DNA from: Octopus bimaculoides
Lineage: Eukaryota
Direction: 5' to 3'
Assembly (NCBI RefSeq): GCF_001194135.2
Contig: NC_068992.1
Location: forward strand, 29,775,792-29,839,791
Length of the DNA stretch: 64,000 bases
The translations under genes and the position numbers were made by a program. Numbering within the stretch: the stretch's first letter is position 1; every line of letters starts with the position of its first letter. Below the pieces are notes generated by a model that made no database searches, had not been told where the DNA came from, and worked only from the letters and a program-made list of their open reading frames with translations. Shown here one piece after another: positions 53,378 through 64,000 of the stretch.

Positions 53378-53771
53378 CAGTATTCATAGAAACACATAAG
53401 AGCTATCCATCATAGGATACCTGGCACGTTAGAAGGAATAGCCAAAATCTAAACCACCATTAGGGATAAATTTCGAAAGGAATGAAAAATAAAAACAGTT
53501 ACAATCTATCTCCTGGTCCATGGTTTGTATTTGAAAGTACGGGGCACATGCTGGATTGCCTCGTGCTTATATGTTTAATCTAGTCGTACCAGTTGACGAA
53601 TACTTCGCCTAGCAAATTATTTTATTTGCTAATATCAAATCAGAAACCATGGTCTAGGATATAGATGGTAATTGTTTTTATTTTTGATTCCATTCGAAAT
53701 TTATCCCTAATAGCGTGCCAGGTATCCTATGATGGATACCTCTTATGTGTTTAAATATGCACTGTATTTAT
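53372..53771. mobile_element. Fold-back/MITE-like element: about 135-160 bp inverted arms, about 100 bp core, next to (TA)n
   Basis: 53372-53533 vs reverse complement of 53636-53771; shared TATCCATCATAGGATACCTGGCACG and ATTAGGGATAAATTTCGAA; about 29 extra bp in the left arm. Confidence 0.8.
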
Positions 53772-53804
53772 ATGAATAGTATATGTCTATTGACTAATTT
53801 TTCT

Positions 53805-54008
53805 ACACGCTTGGCCAGTGGTGTGACAATTATTCGATAGCCATGATAAAACTCCGAGTTTCAGATGCCGGGGCAGAAACCCACGCCGCCATCTCTTCAG
53901 TTATCTGGCCATTGAACATTCCTATGAAAATAATCGTTAAACAAAGGGAAATTACTGTGTGATTCACCGTTATTAAGACAAAAGTGCTATTAGAATGACC
54001 GCTAAGTC
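53805..54008 (+). mobile_element. Possible SINE (fourth family), degraded
   Basis: TGGCCAGTGGTGTG (A-box-like) and GAGTTTCAGATGCC (B-box-like) at tRNA-like spacing. Confidence 0.35.
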
Positions 54009-54201
54009 AGGGGAGGGATTAAAGGTAAGGGAGTAAAGAAGTCCATAGTATTCACGTAAGTGCACGAATCCATATATACACATGCACGCCCGCACACCCA
54101 CGTATATGCGCCTATATGTATATACTCATCCATCCTCGCTTGAAACACACACATGCACACCCATACATTCGCCAATACACACACACACAGACACACATAT
54201 G

Positions 54202-54250
<49 letters not shown>

Positions 54251-54281
54251 TTGTGTGTGTGTGTGCGCGCGCGTGTATGTA

Positions 54282-55521
54282 TAGGGTGCGGTAAATAAAT
54301 TCTCGTCTAAACTACGTAGAAATGAAAATAACACTGACATCTCATTTTAACAGATATATTTACAAAAGTTACATATAAATATCTTGAAATACTAAAGAAT
54401 ACATTTATTCAATAAAATCGCCACTGACTTCTACTACAGCCTACAGACGACTTCGGAATTTCCAGCAATTCTTCTGAACGGTTCCTTGCCATAATAATTG
54501 CCTTCAGTGCATCTTTGGTGTTACAAGAAGTTTTGCTGGTTTCTCATTCAACTGCTCCGCATACATAATAACCAAAGTATTTGTAGTCTAGAGTGTTAGG
54601 TGGCAAGGTGCTAGGGGTCATATGGTCGCAGAAAATGTCTGACAGCCATGACTGGGTTCTCCTGCTGCTGTGTCGTAGTGCAGAGTTCTGTTGACAGACA
54701 GAGTGTCTTCCAGCAGTCACACTGTTGACCCCGGGTAGCATCACCTCTTCCAGGCAATTGAAGTAAGCCTCTCTGTTGAGTCTGAGGCCGTGTGGGGAGA
54801 TGAATAGAGGCATAACGTCGCCTTGACGAGTGATCACTCCAAACACCATGATCTTGACTGAACGTTTGCTTTTTATCACGCCTGGTGCATGTTTTCGGGA
54901 CACGGCAAGCCAACGGTTGTTCTGTGTGCACACCATCTGATCCTGGGAGGAATTTTTCTCGTTTGAGAAAAAGCAAAGCATATTCGGTTGGAGGAGATGT
55001 TTGAGTTTGTTCAAAAGCTTCGTAGCGCGGTTTCTCCTCTTGTCCTTGAGTGCTTGGGATAAAAATTGGCCCTTCCTCACCGTGTATGAGGAAGGCCAAT
55101 TGTCTTCATGCACTACCTGCCTAATAAGAAACTGAGACGCTCACATATCCCTAGCGATGGAGCTGATTGAATTGGAGGGATTGTTATCAAACGTGGCCTA
55201 GGATCTCAACAAGAAATTCAGGAGTTCTTTCTATATCAGAACGTCCTGAATGAATTTTCCGAGATGCAGTTCCTTTGTAATCACTACTTGACTCATCCAC
55301 CTCTTTCCGAATTCTCTGCACCGTCTTCAGACTGACGGCCAAACATTTTGAAATGACGTTTTAAAATTTCTGGCAGTGTGATTTGATGGTGGTGCTTTTC
55401 TCACAGACGGTGCACAGCTGACCCTACTATAGTGTATAGTTGACAAAATAAAAAGAAACAAACAATGTGCATGCGCGAAATAAAAAATATAGAATGGTGA
55501 CAGTTTACTTATCGCATCTTA
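54282..55521 (-). mobile_element. Near-full-length maT (DD37D) transposon relic
   Basis: ORF 54544-55113 (189 aa) LLNKLKH..FSNEK..MVFGVIT..GDVMP..QQNSA-(37 aa spacing)-FGYYVCGAVE; upstream HTH with frameshift and stop; TIRs TA|TAGGGTGCGGTAAATAAA and TA|TAAGATGCGATAAGTAAA. Confidence 0.9.
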
Positions 55522-58086
55522 TATATATATATATNNNNNNNNNNNNNNNNNNNNNNNNNNNNNNNNNNNNNNNNNNNNNNNNNNNNNNNNNNNNNNNNNN
55601 NNNNNNNNNNNNNNNNNNNNNNNNNNNNNNNNNNNNNNNNNNNNNNNNNNNTATATATACATAGACACAGACACAGGCACAGGCACACAGATATACGCAC
55701 ACAGATATACGCACACATATACACACACGTACACACACTGAAGACTGAAACATAACGACACACTGGGTCAGGGAACAAACACAATCTGTATCACCATCCA
55801 ACTGCATCTAAATAAGAATCGGTGAGTCAAAACGTAAACTTGGTGCCATGGATGGAAGGGATCTAATCATCAATTAATAGATTGTAGAATATTGGTGAGT
55901 AAGCAACGAAAGCAATGGGTTTCTTTTCAATCCAGTTTCTCGAGCTGTTTGTATGTGAGATTAGTTTCTCGTTTATTTTGACTGACTTTTCTATTTATAT
56001 AATTGGTGTCAATTAGTATAATCTAGATGATCATGAATAAACTGGTTTGATCAAGAAAGAACGCAACAGAACATGCAGCCAATTATACCTCTTTACTATA
56101 GAACCATAGACTTATTGACTAATAGCGAGTCCATCCACGTACTCATTCCGCATTTTTTCAAAGTTTTAGTAGAAAAAATAGAATGCTCCAAGCTTTCACA
56201 AAAATTATTAAGAATTTATATGAATATATATGAAGACAGAAAAGAATTATAACCTAGTTCTAAAATTGGTAAATGGATATTTTGACTCTTTAATCTACAG
56301 AAACCTCAGTTATTAGCAACTACTAAGATAAGTGATAGCATGTTGTTTCTCTTCTTGTAACCCAGTTCTACTAATCTATTTCGATAAGAAGCCATATTGT
56401 ATAATTTTGACATCACATCGTTATGTTACATCGGGCCTGTGCACTATAGGAATCAGAAATCTTCCGTTCTGATTAAGCGATCAATAAGCTATTGCAGGAC
56501 ACATTTCTTCATATTAATTATTAATTTCTAATTAAAAGAAAAAAATCCGCACTCCCTTTTCAATATACTGTTTATAATTTATTGGGGAAAACTAAGCCAG
56601 TAAATCAAATAATTGCAAAGAGACAAACATCGAGAAAGGAGGGTGCGAGAAAGAGCGGGAGGTGGAGGGAGAGAAAGAGGGAAAATTCAATGAAGACTGA
56701 AACTGTATGTATCAATTAATTATTTTATATATATCTTCTAAATAATAATTATTATGTTCATGTAGTAAACATAATACGATCACCGTGCGTCTTTAGGTGT
56801 TGGTTGTGTTAGAGATGTAATGGGATTAAAACTGCCAAGCATAAATCTATTATGGTATTTCAACATCTATTTTAGTTTTTGATTTGTTAAATTAATGTTT
56901 GTCGGAAGAGGAATGATTCGTTCTGCAGGAGTCATTGAGGTCGTAAATAAATGTCCATAATAGTTGCTTTCTGGCTCTAAAGTGTAATAGCTTCTGGAAT
57001 TCGGCAATATATTTCTATTTATTCCATTAATAACATTAATGTTGAAGTGTGTGAAGCAATGGGAAATATTAATATTTTCGATTTAAAATTAAAGAGGAAA
57101 TGAAAAAAAAAAAAAATAATAATGGTTTTCATAATTTGGGAAGCGGGAAGTGACCTCTTTAAGCAACACAGTCCAAGAAATATTTCTCTTTGCCAAATCT
57201 TCTTGTCTCATCGTCTCAACTGCATAAGAACATTATTTCCAAACAGGGTCGTGGTGTGAATACTTGTTTCTGAAGCGAATTAATTTTATATACAGTTATT
57301 TTCACTGGGAAAAGTGTAGTAGTCATCGCCCTTATGAAGTGAGGCTTCTTCATTATGATATACTTTCGTTTGGTGTGGTAAGTTTCATTGAAAAAGAAGG
57401 ATACTATTTAACATAAGTAAGAGCCTTTGCGTCGTTAATTGAACAACGATAAGTAGTAACCTGTTTTCCTTGAATTCAGTCATGAAAATAGAAATGATAT
57501 ATAGTATAATTCAATGAAAGAGATATTATACCTGAAAGCGGAGACATGTTCATGGCAGCAAAACCATCGATCTCAGATTTTCTCAATCAGGGATAAATGG
57601 ACTCAAATGAACAACAATTATACTGTAAACTACTGGCAAAGCGAGACATACATACGTTATCTCAGTTCTTGGTTGATAGGAGATAACTCCCTTAATTGCA
57701 TTCAGCTAAAGGTTAATTGTCACAAATTCTACCTCGCTCTGTTTTATGTGACAAGATACATTGATTTAGATGTAAGATTCCGGTGAAAGTAGGTCTTAAC
57801 GTTGTAGCAAACGATCATATTTACACCAAGTACTGATCTCATTAAAGATATGAATGGCATAAATTTACATTATCTCCTGATAGTTACACCGTATTTGTGT
57901 ATCACGAAAATAAACCCAAGTCGTTTGAATGGGGCTCTAATATTGGGCAATCAAATACGTTTTGTTTCCTTTCACGTGTATCCAAGAGAAATTAGTGCTA
58001 AATACGAGAGATTAGAAAGAACGAGGGAGAAGCATAAATGGATAGGGGATGAAAAAGAGAGAGAAAGGGTGAGGAATAAAGAGAGG

Positions 58087-58094
<8 letters not shown>

Positions 58095-58140
<46 letters not shown>
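58095..58140 (+). repeat. (GA)n microsatellite
   Basis: Direct reading. Confidence 0.95.
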
Positions 58141-58142
<2 letters not shown>

Positions 58143-59239
58143 AAGCGTTGTTTGCTAACCTGTTTACTCCATGAGAATATTAAAGAAAGTTATATTGCTG
58201 TTTATTCCTGGGATATGACTATTCTGTCAGATATATGATCAATTGCAGTTAGGATCCCTTCTCTTTCAGATATTCTGTTCCAAAAATGAGGCTACCGAGT
58301 CGGATTGATTGCAGTCGTATTCCACTGCGTTTCATGCAGAGATCATCTATTAGATATTCGTGATTTTTTAGTTACCGTTTATATTATTTTTGCTTTAAAT
58401 AGCAATTGGCTATCGGGCTATTCATATCCTTAATCCATTCCCAGATATCACATAATCTATGTCCTTTATTTCGATAAACAAAAAAGCAACTGTAGTAACA
58501 TTCTTCCCAGTCATTTTAAAGGAAAATGCCCTGTAAATATGTAGAATATAGCACCGACAGATAGTATTACAATAAATAACACCGTGCGTATGTATACATT
58601 GAGATTTGTCATATGTAACTCATGAATCCTTTTAGATCTAGCAAAGAATTGATTCTAATTCTCTACCCTCGTTCTTCTATAAAGTGAATATAAAGATTGA
58701 TGACGGTGCATATAGGGTGTGATATCGTAAACTAGTGTCTCGTTGCAAAAGGGGCAATGAAGTACATCTTTTGCCTCGCCAAATTGTTTCGTATTCTGAC
58801 ATCAACAGCTATAATGCTCGATATGTACGTACCACACAAACATTCAATAAATAGTTTCAACCTTCTCATACTGTAGATATCTTGCTATAAACTGCCCTAG
58901 CTTCAACAAATTCAATCAATTTATGTCGTTAATGTGAATCCTTGCACTGAAGAAACGGCATGGAATTTTCATAGCATATACAGAACCAGCGAAATTAGTC
59001 TTAAAAATAAGTTTTAAGACTGCAGTCAAGTGCATTGTGCGAGTACTATTGGAGAGGTTGGCAATTTCAAAATAATATATACATATTTGAAGTAAATATT
59101 TCTGAATTACTCAGGCAAAAGATTCTCAAAGTATTGAAAAATGATATGTCAAATCTCTTTTATTGACTCTAATACTGCAGGTAGGTAAACCAGTAGCTAA
59201 ATGTAAAGTGCATTCTCAGGGTTCTAATACCAACAGAAC

Positions 59240-59975
59240 ACATAGAACGAAAATTCAAAGAAATAATAGATAGAAATCCGAGAAGTCAATCAAAGTCACT
59301 GCAAAGGACCTCAAGTTTTCAGAGTGCACCTTCGTAAGAGTTGTACATGAGGCCATCCAGTACTAGTTTCATGTAATGTGTAGGGGTCAGTTGATGTTAA
59401 ATATGGCAAAGCGCTTGCAAAACAAGTTAAAACACAAACATCAGGACCGATAGATAAACCATCATGCATACTAAGTTTCCAGCAACTGAGACGGTTCTGA
59501 GAGTTGTCAGTAATAAGAGAGAGAGAGAGAGATGTCATGTCTCCACATTTTTATTTCACAGGGCTTAAGAGAGTCAATGTCGCAGTCTACAACGAGGTGT
59601 GAGGCCCCGGATTGACAGAGTACTCAACGGAAGACCTTCCAGCAAGCCATTCTAGTTCGCAAAAGCTCCATCCGCTGGAATATTATGTATAGTGTATAGA
59701 AGAGAGAGTGAGTTCAACGAACTGCCACTTAACACCATACAATCTCTTAAAGTCCGCCATAACCAGTACTCTGTCCAAAATTGATGAAGATCATCCGATT
59801 CAGGCATGCCAAGGCCTCCGACCCAGTATTAAAGCAATCATTGAAGTTAATGGTAGATTCATTGAATAGATGTGATACGAGGATTTACTCGGATTTCTAC
59901 CAATTTATTTTCAAATACAACTTTTCATTCATGTGCTATGCGCTTTTTTAAAAATTCATACAAGTGACACACTCT
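59240..59975 (+). mobile_element. Third maT-type relic, strongly decayed with internal deletions
   Basis: Frameshifted FKEIIDRNP..SIKVTAKDL, KRLQNKLKH, HTKFPAT, DVMSPHF, PLEYYV; possible 3' TIR GTGACACACTCTG. Confidence 0.6.
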
Positions 59976-61959
59976 GATTGATTATATGGATTATATGGAC
60001 TGCGGTGTCTGCACGTAAAAAAAAAGACTTGTATTAACTTACATATACATATACGTTGAGAGCCCATTTTTGTAAGCACAAGAAGCTAATTTGCGTGACT
60101 TGAATTGTGTTTAAATAGCGTCTGTTTGTATGAAATGTGCAAACAAGCAGTTGCATGTACACTTGCATGTGCTTACATATTTATATGAACTTTTGAATAT
60201 ATGTGGGAAAATGTAAACACTTTTATATGTGCACAAACATGAGTCTCAAGTGGAACGTCTACATGCTCACATATAAATATGTTTGCAGTAAGGAAATCAA
60301 ACATTTCAAAAGCATCACTCTTGAACATCTAACTGGGGAGGGGAGCTTTAACTATTTCCTAAAATACGAAAATTACACCGAGATTTACTCTGGTTTCTAC
60401 ATTCTTCTATCGCCAATTTTGTTACGTATAAAATATTGATTGCTTTTCATGATATAGTCACGTCAAACCAATTTTCAAAAGAAAAGTACTACTCTGAAAA
60501 GCTATGTTTATGAATAACACTTTCAAAATATGTTCCCCATTTTATGTTTATCTATCACTTCTCTTTTTAAAACAACTTAAGCTTAACCATCTAGCGTGTT
60601 CTCCCAGAAATACAACATACAAGATCACGTTCTCTCTCTCACGCAGCATACAATCAAAGCCTAATATCAATTCCAAACATCTTTCCTTTCTGAACAGTAT
60701 TGTGTACATTTTTTCTCAAGCGATTCATATTTTCAGTGTTCGTTTCGTATGATAGATTGTATTTGTGTTTTTACATTACTTTTTCGTTATGAAAAACTAC
60801 ACATGGTAGATTTTCTCGATCTAATCTGTACTACAGCTCGAAGATTGAAATCGTGAAAATCAGCATAAGGCACAAGGAAGTATTACACTTCTAATATACA
60901 CTACAAATACATATATACATATATAGATATATAGAAATATACATATGCATCTGTGTGTTTTTATGTAGGCTGTAGAAATAACTATATGAAAATATGTATG
61001 TTCTTTTATTTTACATATATTTACACATTAATATTTATATAAATACCTTTCTAATAACTTGGGTAATTATTTAAAATATTATTTATATTTTTATATGAAT
61101 CAATTTGTATTTCTCTTTCCGGAAAGATTTGTTTGCAGCTACAACATTGATAACAATAAAGGCGCAGGAATAGCGTGATTATCTCAACACACACGTGCGC
61201 GCGCACACACACACGTGCGCGCGCACACACACACATATTTATGTATGCATATATATATATATATANNNNNNNNNNNNNNNNNNNNNNNNNNNNNNNNNNN
61301 NNNNNNNNNNNNNNNNNNNNNNNNNNNNNNNNNNNNNNNNNNNNNNNNNNNNNNNNNNATATATATATGTATGTATGTATAGATATGAAAATATAATGTA
61401 TACACACATACATACAGACACATACATACACACATATACAATTTTATTCTCGAGTACATTGTTCGGTTCCTTTCTTTACTTCACATACAATTTTATGTGA
61501 AGAATGAATACATAAGAATAACGCAAAAGTTATTAGGAAATGTTTTTCGTATGTGTCAGAGAGTAAATAAATAATTCTCCTAGTTACTGTCTGGTCTGCA
61601 TGATTTTTTTTTTCTTGAATATTAACTATGTTGCAAAGTGCGCAAGTGTTGACAGTGGACGAATGACCGAGTATATATTTAGTATGGATAAGAAGATTGG
61701 TACTTGAGGACGTGAGAATTGGCATGTGTTTGCATTCAAAATCGATATGTATTCTATTCGATTTTATTTATATATTCTTCTCTATTTTAATCAAAGCATA
61801 CACATAAAACAAATACACTTATACACGTACCGAACACAAAATATCCACAGGCATGAAAATCAAAAATACCCATGCATATACATAAAGGTCCATACATAAT
61901 TATATGAACAGCAAAATACTCAATACATATGTAGAGCCTTATATCTATCTAGTAGCTGG

Positions 61960-63140
61960 CTACCTGATGTTTTATCAAGATTTCCCTATAATGCCATTAC
62001 TCTGAAGTGTATGTATTCGAGTATATGAAAATCCTTATCACATAAAGAACTCCGTAACAAGGACAAACTTTTTTCGCAGAAAATAATTATTTTACGTTTA
62101 ATGACATTTTACGACAAAGTCTGTGACTGTAATGCTGAAGGAAACAGTCCCCTGCTTTGCGAATCTAGTTATGGACTACCTATAAAATATCTTTTATCGA
62201 CGATACATTAGGAGAAATATGGAACCTATTTTTCTATATAGATAAAAGAAACATGGTGCAAGTAGATTGACTATTGTTTCAGTGAATGAAAGCATAGATA
62301 AAGTAGAATAATTTGAAACACTCCTTAATGAAATTATTAAAAGTATTCAATTCACCATTGAACATAGCCATAACGAACTCCCATTTTAGACATTATTTTG
62401 AAGAAAATCAAAACAACAAAAAATAAGCGGACGTTTATTATACACAAATGGAGTTCAAATAGTATCTTCAATTCACTTCATACTATTAAAGACGCAGCTA
62501 AATAAATTTCCCTTATATTCTACCCCAAATCATGTGTTCAATAGTATCCAATACAAACATCCATAACATAAGACTGAGAACTGAAGAATACACAAGTTGG
62601 CAGAAATTGCTTGCTATCCGTCATAGATACTGGAATGTAAGTAGCCAAGAAATTCAGTATCCAGTAACTTGAAACAAATAAAGCGAAGAAATATGTGAGA
62701 AATGCGTATTCTACAATACTAGTATCGCCAAAGCTACAGGGCTCCATCATCATATTCCAAAAAAATATCGTTACTGATAAAGGAACGCGGGGTAAACCAA
62801 ATCCAAACATACCATCATAAACTGTAAAAGACAAATTTAAGCAATGGAAAATATAATAACAAAGGACTAGCTTCACACAATAACTAAAAAAAACCCCAAT
62901 AAATATAGAGAATACCCATCTGTAGTATATGTTCTAATTTGAGAGAAAGTTCAGTGATCCAATTCAAAGAAGAACACTCCTAAACAATAATAAATAACTT
63001 TACTTGTGGATCTCAAAACCAAAACTATTAAAAAAAAAAAAAAAACCTCGGGATTTATTCAGTATTACATTGGTCAGAAAAGATACGATTTACGATATGC
63101 ATGACACTGTGTAGGTCGTAAATTAGAATAAAGAATGACA
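61960..63140 (+). mobile_element. Penelope-like element ORF relic: RT followed by the start of GIY-YIG
   Basis: Frameshifted ENNYFTFND, CFANLVMDYL, WCK*IDYCF (WxRYxDDCF), SIQFTIEHSHNELPF(L)DIIL, FTC, YYIGQ in the expected PLE order. Confidence 0.75.
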
Positions 63141-63744
63141 AGCAAATAGTACTCTGAATATAGTGGCAGAAAAGCAGTAAAAACAACCAATGCTTACGAT
63201 TTCTCCTTAAATATAAATTCACTGCTAATATAACTCAGCATCACATAAAAGTTCTATATTACAAAATACCAACCGTGTTTAAAATCTTGTCGTAGAGAAA
63301 GGGAGACAAGCACCACCAGCTCTGCAACAAGTCTTACTAAATTCAAACAACTCGGCAACAGCTTTAGAACCTGAGAGTCCTAACTGCTGCTGCTAACACC
63401 AATAGCCCTAACTGATGGTCCTTTCACTAACAGAAGGCTTTTACTGCTGTTAACTGCTATCCAGTAACAATCATAAGGACAATACTGCAACGTACGATCT
63501 CTATGAGAAAAACATGTCAATTTCCAGAAATGATATTATGAGAGATTGAATAATTCAATTAAATTTATTTCAATTTATTTATTTTCTTTTTTGTTTCAGC
63601 GTGACTTCAACGTCTTATTAAAGCGATATAAACCAGTTGCTGCTTAGTTAGAAATGTAAATGCTGTTATACTATTTTTCCATGATAAAGTTCTCAATGAA
63701 TATTCTTTTTACTTCTTCAATATAAATTTCTGCGTGCAAAATCG

Positions 63745-63756
63745 CATAAATTTGTA

Positions 63757-63791
<35 letters not shown>

Positions 63792-63808
63792 ACAAATAAA
63801 TAAATGTA

Positions 63809-63852
<44 letters not shown>
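63745..63852 (+). repeat. (TAAA)n and (TG)n microsatellites
   Basis: Direct reading. Confidence 0.95.
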
Positions 63853-63853
<1 letters not shown>

Positions 63854-64000
63854 CTGAGTGTGTTGGAAGAACTGAGATATAGAGAGTGGGAGGGAGGAGG
63901 AGGAGGAGAGAAATAAACTGAACAACGCGTACATATACAGAATGTCATGCATATGTATATATATGTATATATATATATATAGTTTTAGGGAAAATAACCA

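Noticed and set aside
63600-63647. Possible terminal coding exon RDFNVLLKRYKPVAA* after a strong acceptor
   Set aside because: Fifteen codons with no recognisable homology and no upstream coding exon found.

Overview
AT-rich animal genomic DNA with 16 assembly gaps, almost all abutting (TA)n. The (TA)n/(CA)n/(CATA)n/(GA)n microsatellite load and the SINE families suggest an octopus (inference from recalled repeat families, not a database hit). I can support no host protein-coding gene, rRNA, tRNA gene or CRISPR array, so the window reads as intronic or intergenic. Nearly all listed ORFs are translated microsatellites or gap read-through. The recognisable content is decayed mobile DNA: three pieces of an R4/Dong-like REL-endonuclease LINE, two Penelope-like relics (one with a hammerhead-like motif), two DD34D mariners plus a weak fragment, three DD37D maT-type relics, a complete non-autonomous Helitron, a nest of Helitron ends with a helicase tail, several tRNA-derived SINEs and about eight fold-back repeats. 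The best lead is that every R4/Dong-like copy begins at a (CATA)n tract, and both copies with a visible 3' end finish in CATA units, suggesting a (CATA)n-targeting retroelement. Percent identities are by-eye estimates.
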